This document shows positions 9,048-18,529 of a DNA stretch of 64,000 nt, piece after piece. Location of the stretch: the IMG/VR virus record IMGVR_UViG_3300027747_001390, positions 1-64,000 of that record, one strand, 5' to 3'. The notes beneath the pieces are model-generated. The model was not told the origin of the DNA. It searched no databases and worked only from the letters and a program-made list of their open reading frames with translations. This DNA comes from a virus. A program made the position numbers and the translations under genes. The stretch's first letter is position 1; each line of letters begins with the position of its first letter.

Positions 9048-9117
9048 TCCACGGACGGACACGACGGGCAAGGATGCCCAAGCCTATTTTCACTTCAGGA
9101 GGGGCTTGGAGTGTCAG

Positions 9118-9873
9118 ATGCGGATTCTCGTCGGCAACGTGGAACATGATGTAAAAGTCGCGGCGTGCTTGAGCATGCCGCGACTTGCTTTTACAGACAA
9201 CTTTTTCACGGTCACCAGCACGTTTGCCCCTCATGGCATTCAGGTCGTGAAAGGAACTGGGGCTTTCTGGGATCAGACAATGACCCGGATTCTCACAGAC
9301 CTGTCTAAGGAAGAGACCGGCAACGATTTTATCTGCACTCTCGATTACGATAGCGTCTTCGAGCCTGAGTGCCTGCCTCGTCTCTTGTCTGCGATCTTGA
9401 TCTCAGGAGTCGACGCGATCGCGCCGCTTCAAATGAAGCGAGACGACAAGCAACTCATGTTTACCCCCGAAGGCCTCGGCGGTAAGGGCGAGCAGACTGT
9501 CACGATGCCAGCCGACTGGTGGGAGAAGCCCGCCCAGATCGTTGATACGGCTCACTTCGGCCTGACTCTGATTCGGACGGCGGCTCTTCGCAGGATGAAG
9601 AAGCCGTGGTTCCTCGGCGTCCCCGGCGAGGACGGCGACTGGGGATCAGATCGGCAAGACCCTGATATCTACTTCTGGCACAAATTCCGTGAGTGCGGCA
9701 ACAAGCTGGCAGTCTGCCCGCAAGTCGCGATCGGCCACGCGGAGCTTGTCATTAACTGGCCTGATCAGAGGTTGAAGACCATCTATCAGTACCCGACTCA
9801 TTTCTGGAACAGCGGCGGACGGCGACCACCGGAGGCATGGGGATCGCAGGAACACGCGGAGAAATCCAAATGA
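9118..9873 (+). CDS. Glycosyltransferase-like (GT-A) protein
   Basis: LDYDSVF (DxD), HFGLTLIR, KPWF, DIYFW, IGH. Confidence 0.65.
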   Translation: MRILVGNVEHDVKVAACLSMPRLAFTDNFFTVTSTFAPHGIQVVKGTGAFWDQTMTRILTDLSKEETGNDFICTLDYDSVFEPECLPRLLSAILISGVDAIAPLQMKRDDKQLMFTPEGLGGKGEQTVTMPADWWEKPAQIVDTAHFGLTLIRTAALRRMKKPWFLGVPGEDGDWGSDRQDPDIYFWHKFRECGNKLAVCPQVAIGHAELVINWPDQRLKTIYQYPTHFWNSGGRRPPEAWGSQEHAEKSK

Positions 9874-10052
9874 AGATCAAGATGCTGAGGGACTGGGGCT
9901 GGCACAAAGAAGGCGATGTTGTCGAAATCTTCGACGTCACTGCCAAGGGCTGGATTTCTGACGGCATTGCCAAGCCAATCACTGAAGAATCGAGGTCGAT
10001 CAAGGTCGAGCAGGCGACGATGACCGTCGAAAAGCGGAAAGTGAAGCCGTGA
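9870..10052 (+). CDS. Small head-associated hypothetical protein
   Basis: MKIKMLRDW..GDVVEI..GIA; overlaps both neighbours. Confidence 0.6.
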   Translation: MKIKMLRDWGWHKEGDVVEIFDVTAKGWISDGIAKPITEESRSIKVEQATMTVEKRKVKP

Positions 10053-10675
10053 AATACTACGAACTGATTCAGCGTGGGAACCTCCGCTACCGATCTCTCC
10101 GAAGGATCACGGAGCCTGTCGTTGAGCCAGTCTCGCTGGCGGAGGCCAAGTCTCACCTCCGCATCGATCCGGACTTCGACTCTGACGACCTGTACGTGAT
10201 GAGTCTCGTGTCTGCCGCGAGGCATCACGTCGAGACGGTGTGCGACCGCACGCTGATCCGTTCGCAGTGGCAGATGAAGCTCGACTTCTTTCCAAGCTGG
10301 GACATCGAGCTTCCCCGCCCTCCGGTCACGACTGGCGACATCGTCGTGACCTACGTACCAAGTGACGGCGTCTACGCTCCCGTGCCGTTCACGGACTTTC
10401 GGCAGGACAGGGACGCTACGCCTGCCGTGATCCGGCCGCAGTGGAACCGCACGTGGCCCCCGTGCCGTGGTGCGGAGAACGACGTTACTGTGACCTACTG
10501 GGCAGGCTACGGCGACAACACCCGCGCGGTGCCCACCCCCGCGCGTCACGCGATGCTCATGCTCGTCGGTGGGTGGTACGCAAATCGCGAGTCGATCGTT
10601 CAGGGCGCGTTGAATCCCGCCCCGATGGCTGTGGATATGCTCCTAGGATCGATCAACTGGGGGCAGTACCGATGA
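10049..10675 (+). CDS. Head-tail connector (gp6 / phiE125 gp8-like)
   Basis: EPVSLAEAKSHLRID, VTYWAGYG, WYANRE. Confidence 0.9.
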   Translation: MKYYELIQRGNLRYRSLRRITEPVVEPVSLAEAKSHLRIDPDFDSDDLYVMSLVSAARHHVETVCDRTLIRSQWQMKLDFFPSWDIELPRPPVTTGDIVVTYVPSDGVYAPVPFTDFRQDRDATPAVIRPQWNRTWPPCRGAENDVTVTYWAGYGDNTRAVPTPARHAMLMLVGGWYANRESIVQGALNPAPMAVDMLLGSINWGQYR

Positions 10676-11010
10676 CAATCCGGGCGGGAGACTTGCGAGA
10701 GTCTGTGACCATTCAGGTCGCGACTCAGGCAACCAACGCCTACGGCGAATCGACTGCCACGTGGGGTGTGTTCGCTACTCGCCGCGCTGCGGTCGAGGGT
10801 CTGACGGCGAGCGAGGCGATGCTCAGCCAAGAGCTTGCCACGATCGCCACCCATACCGTCCGCTTCCGCTACGTGCCCGGCCTGACGTCAGGAATGCGTG
10901 TTGTCTGGACTAGCCGGTCCCCAGTCCGCACGCTCGACATCGTATCGGTGACCGAGAAGAACAATCGAGAAGAACACTCGCTTGTTTGCAAGGAGCGGCT
11001 TACGACATGA
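10672..11010 (+). CDS. Head closure / head-tail adaptor (SPP1 gp16-like)
   Basis: AGDLRESVTIQ...THTVRFRY...MRV; synteny. Confidence 0.85.
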   Translation: MTIRAGDLRESVTIQVATQATNAYGESTATWGVFATRRAAVEGLTASEAMLSQELATIATHTVRFRYVPGLTSGMRVVWTSRSPVRTLDIVSVTEKNNREEHSLVCKERLTT

Positions 11011-11411
11011 GTGGCGTGAAGGTCACAGGCCTGAGCAAGGTTATCGATGAGCTTCAAAAGCTCCCCTCGGTGATCGATAGCGACCCTGTGCTAAGGGAGG
11101 CCTCTCAAATCTTTGCCGCCCGGCTCCGCGCGGCTACCCCGAAAGGGTACAGCGGAAAGCTCAAGGAATCGGTGATCTACAAGTCTTCGGACGAAGGTGC
11201 GTTCGTCGGCTACGAGCGAGAGGTGGAGACTGCTGGAAACCCAGACCTCGACAGTGTTACTCGCCCAAGGACGAAGGGCAGGAGTGTCATTAGGTGGGTC
11301 TCTGCGGACGAGCTAGGCACGGTTCTCGAAGAGACTTTCGACGCCTACGCGGCGGAAGGCGTTTTGTTCATAGAAGAGCGTCTCGCGGAGCAGATTAATG
11401 GCGGCACCTGA
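11007..11411 (+). CDS. Tail completion protein (HK97 gp10-like)
   Basis: VTGL..L..L, P..SGKLKES; synteny. Confidence 0.6.
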   Translation: MSGVKVTGLSKVIDELQKLPSVIDSDPVLREASQIFAARLRAATPKGYSGKLKESVIYKSSDEGAFVGYEREVETAGNPDLDSVTRPRTKGRSVIRWVSADELGTVLEETFDAYAAEGVLFIEERLAEQINGGT

Positions 11412-11793
11412 AAAGTGGCTTCGCGAGAGGCTTGACTCAGCGACGACGGCTGGCATCTATCCGGTGCTTGCCGTCCAGAATGCCCCATTCCCTCTTGTTG
11501 TCTACCGCCGCACGGGCACACGTCGCGAGCGAGGACTGACGGGCAATTTCGGCGTCCCCGTGGCGACGTTTTCCGTCGCGATCGTGTCGGAGACTTACAG
11601 CCAAGCCAAGGACATCGCCGACTCGATTCGCATCGCTTGCGACAACTTTACGGGCGACACGCAGGGCGTGAAAATAGTAACGACGGCCCTCGTCTCCGAG
11701 CAGGACAACATGGAGCGTCCGTTCGAGGGGCAGGCCAAACCACTGTACAGGGTTGATCAGGTCTACGAGGTCCGTTTCACAGAATTCGTCTGA
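11398..11793 (+). CDS. Tail terminator (DUF3168-like)
   Basis: IYP...PFPLVVY...A..IAD.IR; synteny. Confidence 0.7.
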   Translation: MAAPEKWLRERLDSATTAGIYPVLAVQNAPFPLVVYRRTGTRRERGLTGNFGVPVATFSVAIVSETYSQAKDIADSIRIACDNFTGDTQGVKIVTTALVSEQDNMERPFEGQAKPLYRVDQVYEVRFTEFV

Positions 11794-11814
11794 CGTCCGA
11801 GGAGGGACGGCACA

Positions 11815-12186
11815 ATGGCTTACGAAGCATCGCAGGGTATTGGTTTCTCTTTCTCGGGCACGAAGTTCACCGCCACCCAGATTTCCGTCTCCAAGAAGAC
11901 GCCTGAGATCGACGTCACGTCGCTCGAAGCTCCCAACGGAAGCTATCGCTCGTACCGTCTCGGCTCGATCCGCGACGGAGACGAACTGAAGGTGGATTTC
12001 ATCGGCCTCACGCTGCCGCAGATGACGTCGACTGGCTCGATCACGTGGGCGATCGACGGCACTGGCTCGAACGCCGGGTTCACTGCCGGTCTGCCCACCG
12101 CAGCCCTCGTGACTTCGGCGGACGTGACGGCTCAGGTCGGCGAGTTGATCAAAGGCAGTATGTCGCTCCGATTGACCCAGAACTAG
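11815..12186 (+). CDS. Tail tube-like protein 1
   Basis: EIDVTSL...DGDELKVDF...VGELIKGSMSL; synteny. Confidence 0.65.
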   Translation: MAYEASQGIGFSFSGTKFTATQISVSKKTPEIDVTSLEAPNGSYRSYRLGSIRDGDELKVDFIGLTLPQMTSTGSITWAIDGTGSNAGFTAGLPTAALVTSADVTAQVGELIKGSMSLRLTQN

Positions 12187-12190
12187 TTCA

Positions 12191-12625
12191 ATGGCTTTCG
12201 TAGAACCATTCTCGTCTCACTGCTTAAAGCTGTATTGGGGCGAAGATGTTTTCTATGCGAACTCCATCAAGCGAAGCGCGTCGTCGGCCACTGAGGTAGA
12301 TATCACGAGCATGGATTCTAGGGTCACGCAAGACCCTAGGAACACACAGAGGAAGATGATTTGGAAGGAAGTCGACTCTTGCCTCGCCGATCCCGGCGAG
12401 GTTTCAGTTGACTTCTGGGCAGTCGCGGCTGATTTGTACTCACTTCCGGATGCAATTGGGTACAAGAAGCTCTTGACTGTCAAAGAGCTAGATCAATACG
12501 GAGCAGACACAGGCAACATACTGCTTTCGTATCAGTGCATCCTGACTAAGGTCGATCTCGATGCGAGTGTTGGTGAATACGTGAGGGGAAGCGTCACGTT
12601 TAAATTGTCTGGATACAAGGAGTAG
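12191..12625 (+). CDS. Tail tube-like protein 2 (paralog)
   Basis: EVDITSM...DPGEVSVDF...VGEYVRGSVTFKLSG. Confidence 0.6.
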   Translation: MAFVEPFSSHCLKLYWGEDVFYANSIKRSASSATEVDITSMDSRVTQDPRNTQRKMIWKEVDSCLADPGEVSVDFWAVAADLYSLPDAIGYKKLLTVKELDQYGADTGNILLSYQCILTKVDLDASVGEYVRGSVTFKLSGYKE

Positions 12626-12627
12626 GC

Positions 12628-12972
12628 ATGGCTCTCAGTAAAGCGGCGATTCTGGCGGCGAACGACAAGAAGATGGTCGACATGGAAGTTCCTGAGTGGA
12701 ACGGCTCTGTGAAGATCAGGGTGATGAGCGGCACCGAGCGTGACCGTTTCGAGGCGGAGTTCGTCGGCGGCAACAAGTCGGTCGACATGGTCCGCGCGAA
12801 GCTCGTGGCGAAGTGCTTGTGCGACGAGGACGGCACACGTCTTTTCACAGAAGCTGAGATTCCTCAGCTTGGCGAGAAGTCGGCGGCGGTCCTCGACAAG
12901 CTCTTCACGGCTTGCATGAAATTGAATCGATTCACGAAGGACGACGTTGAGGAGATGGCGGGAAACTCCTGA
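12628..12972 (+). CDS. Tail assembly chaperone (gpG-like)
   Basis: Upstream of tape measure; ends at slippery GGGAAAC. Confidence 0.85.
   Translation: MALSKAAILAANDKKMVDMEVPEWNGSVKIRVMSGTERDRFEAEFVGGNKSVDMVRAKLVAKCLCDEDGTRLFTEAEIPQLGEKSAAVLDKLFTACMKLNRFTKDDVEEMAGNS
12960..12966 (+). other. Programmed -1 frameshift site G GGA AAC
   Basis: The -1 frame is open from 12960 (GKLLSRPRRRFEFRLALALGMTH...) to 13259. Confidence 0.85.
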
Positions 12973-13259
12973 GCCGTCCGAGGCGGCGTTTCGAGTTTCG
13001 ACTGGCACTGGCCCTCGGGATGACGCACAAGCAACTCTTGGAGTCTTGCGACGCCGAGGAGTTGGCGGAATGGGAGAGCTTTTGGCTCATAGAGCCGTGG
13101 GGAGACGAGTGGCGACAGACCGCTCGCCTTACCACGGCTCTTTGCACGGCGTGGGGCAGCAAGAACCTCGAAGAGGAGATGATCATGCCGTCGAGTCGAA
13201 AGCCACCGCAGACGAAGGAGCAGATGATCGCGGAACTCCGAAAGGCATCCGGAGGCTAA
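12960..13259 (+). CDS. Tail assembly chaperone frameshift extension (gpT-like)
   Basis: FRLALALG...ELAEW...EPWG. Confidence 0.8.
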   Translation, partial: GKLLSRPRRRFEFRLALALGMTHKQLLESCDAEELAEWESFWLIEPWGDEWRQTARLTTALCTAWGSKNLEEEMIMPSSRKPPQTKEQMIAELRKASGG

Positions 13260-13262
13260 GCG

Positions 13263-16200
13263 ATGGCAACAATCGGAAGCATTGTCGCCCAGTTCACCGC
13301 CGATACAGGTGGACTACAGAAAGGCGTCGAGGATGCCGTCAGCTACTTTCAAGGTCTTCGCGATCAGATCGCTGGAGCGACTGAAGACATCAAGCAGTTC
13401 AACGCTGTTCTCTCGGCGCAGATTGCTGTAGCGAACGCGGAACTGAACAAGCTGGACGTCGAGAAGTCGATTCGCATCGATGCTGATGTGAGCGACCTGA
13501 AGACGTCGATCGAGGAGGTTGACAAGCTCGCCTCAGTTTCTTTCGACGCAGACACGTCTTCCGTATCGTCCGCCGTCGAAGAGATATCCAAAGAGAAGCC
13601 AGCCGAAATCGAGGTGAAGGCCGACACCACAAACCTCTCTACGGCCACTGGCGTTATCAAGCAGTTTGCAAGCACGTCAAAAGAACTTTTCTCTCAGTCT
13701 GGAGAAGAAGTCGTAGAGGGAGCGGAGAAGTTTGACACGTTTCGCACCTCCGCCGCAGTAATGGCGAGCGGAGTGACGAAGGCCTACTCCGATATAAAAA
13801 ATGCGTCGAACCAGACTGCCAACGCAATAAATGCAATCGGTGTTGCCGCTAGTGCGATATCGAAGACTGGTCAGGATGGGTTCAAGGGCTTCTCAAGCGC
13901 AGTCGAAGCGACAGTCATCGCCACCGGAAGGGCTTACGACGCGACAGAGACTCTCGCCAAGACTTACAAGGAATCTCTTCCCGCCGCAGCGTCGGCCTCG
14001 ATTGCTGGCTTTAGGGCGTTTGTTGGTCAGCTTGGCGGCATAGACACACTCGGTCGCGCCGCAGGCGGCAGCGCGGCAGCGACCGCCATAACTGTAGGGA
14101 GCCTCGGCGGCGCGTTTGCGTCAGCGGCAGCATCTGTTGGCACATACGCAGCCGTGATCACGGCTGCGAAGGTGGCTTCTGCGGGGATGAGCGAGGAGGC
14201 TCAGGCCTATGTTCAGAGAGGTGCTGAATACGCGGGAGCATTTGCCGGTGTTGCCGCAGGCGCGGCTGCGACAACGTCGGCATACAATCTCGTGGCTGGC
14301 GCGTTGTATAAGTCTTCGACGGCCACACAGTTCTTTCAGAACGTGCTTCAGGGGCTGGGCGGCGGCATCACGACAGCCGTTGCTAGCTCGGCCAGCTTGG
14401 TTAAAAGTCTGACGCAAATCAATACCGTCATGAGTCTGGTTTCCTCGGCTGCGAACGAGAAAACAACCGGCTTGGGCTTTGTGTCACTCGCGGCTCGCGT
14501 TGCCGTAACATCTGTAATGTTTGGCGCGCTCGCCGGAGGCGTGCGTGCCTATGCGGCTGGCACGGCAGTGGCTGCGGGGGTGACTGGCGGAGCGTCTGCG
14601 GCGATCACCGGCCTAGCTGCCACGTTCCCTCTTGCTGCCGTCGGTGCTATGGCAGCAGCGGTAGCGACAGGGAAGTTCTTCCACGCACTTGAGCATCTCA
14701 GTGTTGCCACTCAGTCGCTCGATCAGATGGCTGAACGGTTCGGCACGACCACTCAGGAGATGGAGAAGCTAAAGCTCGCCGCCGACAACACTCAGGTGAG
14801 CATGAGAATGCTGGGCAAGGCACAGCAGTCTTTCTATCAGAACCTGAGCAAGATTAAATCAGGCCAGTTCAACACAGAGAGCGTTCGCGAAGCCAAGATT
14901 GCTTTCGATAAGCTTGGCATCTCAACAGAAGAACTCAAAAACAAAAGACCTGACGAAGCCTTCCGCCTAGCGGCAGCAGAACTGTCTAAGGTCGAAGACG
15001 CCGCCAAGCGAACGTCCATCGCGATGGACTTGTTTGGGCGAACTGGCGGAATGATCCTTCCAGCCTTGAAAGAGCTTGAAGAAATCGATCAGGACTTCGC
15101 GAGACTTGGCGGTGCCTTGAATTCTCTTGATACGAAGAGGCTCCTTGACGTCGAGGCTTCGTTCGACAGGCTTTCAGCGTCTGGGAAAAGCCTTGGCAGA
15201 ACTCTCCTCATTCCGTTCGTCGAGCTTCAGAGAGCGTTCAACAATTTTTCCGCAGAGGTGAAGGGCGGCTTGTCCACTGCGCTGGCACCGCTTGCGAGTA
15301 TGCTCGCAGACGTCAGCAAGCCGCTTTCGATCATCATTGAGATGGTCGGAAGAGTGATCGGCATCTTCCTGAGAATGGTTGCGGTGATTTTTCAGATTGC
15401 CGCCTCCTTGCAAGCGTTCGCCGCCTTTGCTGCCATATTTGAAGGCATTCGGTACGGCTTCGACATGATGATGAAGCCGATTGAGGATTTTATTGCCGGT
15501 GCTGCGGAGCTTGCGTCTGCATTTGCTGCTGCAATGAGGCCAGCCGCAGAGTACACGGGCATCCTTAGTCTTTTCGGAGTCGGCCTTCGGGCAATTGGAA
15601 CCGCTGTAGGCGTCGTCTTGGCTTTTATAGGGCAGCTTGCGATTTACGTAGGAGTAGGAGCCGCTGCGTGGGGGATTTACACGGTCGCTATCTCGCTCGC
15701 CAGCGCGACGTCTCTGCTCGCTGCCGCTAACTTCGCACTAGCATGGGCTGCGGCACTCGGACCAATTGCCGTCGCGGCCCTCGCGCTTGCGGCAATCGGC
15801 GGCGTATTAACTGTCTTGGTCAAGGGACTGGTTGAAGCTGGAAAGTGGGTCTACGGACTCGCAAAGTCGTTCATTGGCTTTAAGTCCGCACCTGAGAAAA
15901 TCGACGCCACCCGCGCTTCTGTCGACGAACTTGCCGAGGCTTCGCGCGCGGCCTCTGCGTTCAAGGGCGGTAAGTCTCCTGCGTTTGATGAGGTCAAGAA
16001 GTCAGTTACTGAAGCAAAAGAAGAGATCAACTCGCTGACGATCGAGTCGGCGAGGTATGGCTCCGAGGGGTCTGCCGCTGCGAAGGCTGCTCAGGAGGGC
16101 TTCAGCGAGCTTCAGCAAAAGCTTGCCGACGGAAGGATCACGCTCGAAGAGTTTGATGAGCAGACAAAAAAGAACGCCGAAAACCTCCGCGAAAACCTGA

Positions 16201-18527
16201 AGTCATACAAAGACGACAGCCCGGCTATCGCGCTCAAGAAAAACCTCGAACTCTACAAGCAACTCAACGACGCTGCGAAGGCAGCAACGAAGTCCACCAG
16301 AGACATTGGTGCCGGTACGGTGATCGAAGACAAGTTCTTTCCGACTTCCGAAAAGATCAAGACTAAGGCGGCAGAGTATAAGGCCGAGTACATAAAGGCT
16401 CTTGAGGAGATCAAGAAAAAGCAGCAGGAGGGCTTTTTCGCCGACGAGATCAAGCAAAAGAAGGAAAAAAATCAGTCAGACTTCGACAACAATCTGATCT
16501 CGAAAGATCAGTTCGAGACGGTCAAGCTTGAACTTGACTCGACGAACGCTCAAGAGGAAGCATCAATCGCGGCCGAGGAGGTCAAGAGAGAGTTTGATCG
16601 CAATAACAAGATCAACATCGAGCTTGACACTTCGTTTGCAGAAAAGATTCGCAAGGAACTCGAAGACGCTTTCATGAGTCCGGTCGACAAGTTCGAGGAC
16701 GAGCTTGACAAGATCAAAAACAACAAGTCGCTGACCGACACTGAAAAAGCACTCGCAAGGGCGAACCTGACCAAGAAAACAAGAGAAAGCCTCGTCGGCA
16801 AGTCTGCCCAGACTCAGTTTCAGGAACGCACCCGTGACGTTAAGCAGGCTGCTGCGGCTGGCCTGATCAGCACAGGCGAGTTGAACGCGGAACTCAAGAA
16901 GGCCTCTGAAGACTTTGCGTCAGCCGTCGGCGTGACCAAGACCCCGTTCGAGACGTTCTCTTCGTCTCTCAACAACATTGCCAAGCAGTTTGGCTTCGCA
17001 GGCCAGCCTATCGACGTCGTTCGTGAGAAGCTCAAGGGCAATGCCGAGCAACTTGCGATGTTTGATCGGGCGGTCAAGGAGTCTCGCGACAATCTCCTCG
17101 CGTCACTGGGCATCGAGAAGACTCCTCAGCAAGTCTTCGATGAGCAGATCGAGAAGATCGAGGAGGCCGCGAACTCGAAAGACCCAAACAAGAGCATCAC
17201 CAGCGAGCAGGCCGATCAGGCGAGGGCCGCAGCGAGACGCAAGCGAGACGAGGCTCTCGGTGCCGGTGCAGACCTCGCGGGGCAGTTTAGCGATCGTCAG
17301 GCGAAGATCAACGAGGCCTACGGCGGTGGAAAAGACCCGGCAAAACTTGCGGTGGCACAGAACAAGCTTGACATGGACAAGAGGTCTGCCGCCGGTCTTG
17401 ATGCTACGCCCGCTCAGGCACTGAAGGCCGGTATCGATAAGGTAAACGACGCGTTCGGCGTGACAGGAAAGTCGCTGGCTGAGATTCAGTCGTCTCTCTC
17501 GCCAGCAGAGTTCGAGGAGTACCAAGAGGCGATCAAGAAAAACAAGACCGCCGTCGAGGAGTCTCTTGGAATTCAAAAGCCGTCGATCGTGAAACTGCAA
17601 GAGGCTCAAGACAAGCTCTCCGACGCCGTCGGAGAGAACGTCATCTCTCAGCAACAGGCTAGCTCTGCGGCTAGAAAACTTCGAGACGACTTTATGTCTT
17701 CTATTGGCGTCGCCAAGACTCCGTTTGAGGAGTTTTCGGGTGCCATCGACAACATCGCAGAGCAGTTCGACATGGCGGGCCAGCCTCTCGAAACAATTCG
17801 AGACAAGCTGAAGGGCAACGCGGATCAGCTTGCGTTGTTTGACCGTGCCGTAAAGACAGCACGTGACAATCTTCTGTCATCCCTCGGCATCGAGAAGACT
17901 CCTCAGCAAATCTTCGACGAGCAGATGAAGAAAATCGAGGAAGCAGCGAACTCGACTGACCCCAATAAGAAAATCACGAAAGAGCAGGCTGAGCAGGCAA
18001 GGACAAACGCCCTAAGAAAGCGAGATGAGGCTCTCGGTGGCGAGAGTGCGGCAGACTTCGGCGGCAAGATCAAGGAACAACGCGCGAAGATCGAGGAAGC
18101 ATACGGCAAGAACGGCGCGAACGATCCTGAGAAGTTCAAGTCTGCCATGCGGAAGCTCAACGAGTCTATCCCCGGTGCTGAGCAGCAAAGCCCAGTCCAG
18201 AAGTTCCAAGAAGACCTTGAGAAGCTCAAGGCAGCTTTCGGCGAGGGAACTCCCGAGTTCGAGCAGGGCAAGAAGAACCTTCAGGCTCAACTTCAAGATG
18301 AACTGAAGCCCGCCCTCGATGCGACTAAGGAGGACCGCAGAAGCGTCGATGCCTCTGATTCTCGAAGCAAAGGCGGCGTCGACACGTTCTTCCGTATCCT
18401 GCGAGGCAACGACAACCCGTCTCTCAAGGCTCAGCTTGAAGTCGCACGCAACACGAAGTTTCTCGCCGATGCGGCGAGGGATAGGGACGCAGCACCAGTC
18501 ATCGCTCAACTCTCAGCACCACGGTAA
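13263..18527 (+). CDS. Tape measure protein
   Basis: 1754 aa, MATIGSI start, Ala-rich helical with hydrophobic segments, follows the chaperones. Confidence 0.92.
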   Translation: MATIGSIVAQFTADTGGLQKGVEDAVSYFQGLRDQIAGATEDIKQFNAVLSAQIAVANAELNKLDVEKSIRIDADVSDLKTSIEEVDKLASVSFDADTSSVSSAVEEISKEKPAEIEVKADTTNLSTATGVIKQFASTSKELFSQSGEEVVEGAEKFDTFRTSAAVMASGVTKAYSDIKNASNQTANAINAIGVAASAISKTGQDGFKGFSSAVEATVIATGRAYDATETLAKTYKESLPAAASASIAGFRAFVGQLGGIDTLGRAAGGSAAATAITVGSLGGAFASAAASVGTYAAVITAAKVASAGMSEEAQAYVQRGAEYAGAFAGVAAGAAATTSAYNLVAGALYKSSTATQFFQNVLQGLGGGITTAVASSASLVKSLTQINTVMSLVSSAANEKTTGLGFVSLAARVAVTSVMFGALAGGVRAYAAGTAVAAGVTGGASAAITGLAATFPLAAVGAMAAAVATGKFFHALEHLSVATQSLDQMAERFGTTTQEMEKLKLAADNTQVSMRMLGKAQQSFYQNLSKIKSGQFNTESVREAKIAFDKLGISTEELKNKRPDEAFRLAAAELSKVEDAAKRTSIAMDLFGRTGGMILPALKELEEIDQDFARLGGALNSLDTKRLLDVEASFDRLSASGKSLGRTLLIPFVELQRAFNNFSAEVKGGLSTALAPLASMLADVSKPLSIIIEMVGRVIGIFLRMVAVIFQIAASLQAFAAFAAIFEGIRYGFDMMMKPIEDFIAGAAELASAFAAAMRPAAEYTGILSLFGVGLRAIGTAVGVVLAFIGQLAIYVGVGAAAWGIYTVAISLASATSLLAAANFALAWAAALGPIAVAALALAAIGGVLTVLVKGLVEAGKWVYGLAKSFIGFKSAPEKIDATRASVDELAEASRAASAFKGGKSPAFDEVKKSVTEAKEEINSLTIESARYGSEGSAAAKAAQEGFSELQQKLADGRITLEEFDEQTKKNAENLRENLKSYKDDSPAIALKKNLELYKQLNDAAKAATKSTRDIGAGTVIEDKFFPTSEKIKTKAAEYKAEYIKALEEIKKKQQEGFFADEIKQKKEKNQSDFDNNLISKDQFETVKLELDSTNAQEEASIAAEEVKREFDRNNKINIELDTSFAEKIRKELEDAFMSPVDKFEDELDKIKNNKSLTDTEKALARANLTKKTRESLVGKSAQTQFQERTRDVKQAAAAGLISTGELNAELKKASEDFASAVGVTKTPFETFSSSLNNIAKQFGFAGQPIDVVREKLKGNAEQLAMFDRAVKESRDNLLASLGIEKTPQQVFDEQIEKIEEAANSKDPNKSITSEQADQARAAARRKRDEALGAGADLAGQFSDRQAKINEAYGGGKDPAKLAVAQNKLDMDKRSAAGLDATPAQALKAGIDKVNDAFGVTGKSLAEIQSSLSPAEFEEYQEAIKKNKTAVEESLGIQKPSIVKLQEAQDKLSDAVGENVISQQQASSAARKLRDDFMSSIGVAKTPFEEFSGAIDNIAEQFDMAGQPLETIRDKLKGNADQLALFDRAVKTARDNLLSSLGIEKTPQQIFDEQMKKIEEAANSTDPNKKITKEQAEQARTNALRKRDEALGGESAADFGGKIKEQRAKIEEAYGKNGANDPEKFKSAMRKLNESIPGAEQQSPVQKFQEDLEKLKAAFGEGTPEFEQGKKNLQAQLQDELKPALDATKEDRRSVDASDSRSKGGVDTFFRILRGNDNPSLKAQLEVARNTKFLADAARDRDAAPVIAQLSAPR

Positions 18528-18529
18528 TC

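Noticed and set aside
1514-18527. The polyprotein and the tape measure protein are both exactly 1754 aa
   Set aside because: No sequence similarity or plausible mechanism; treated as coincidence
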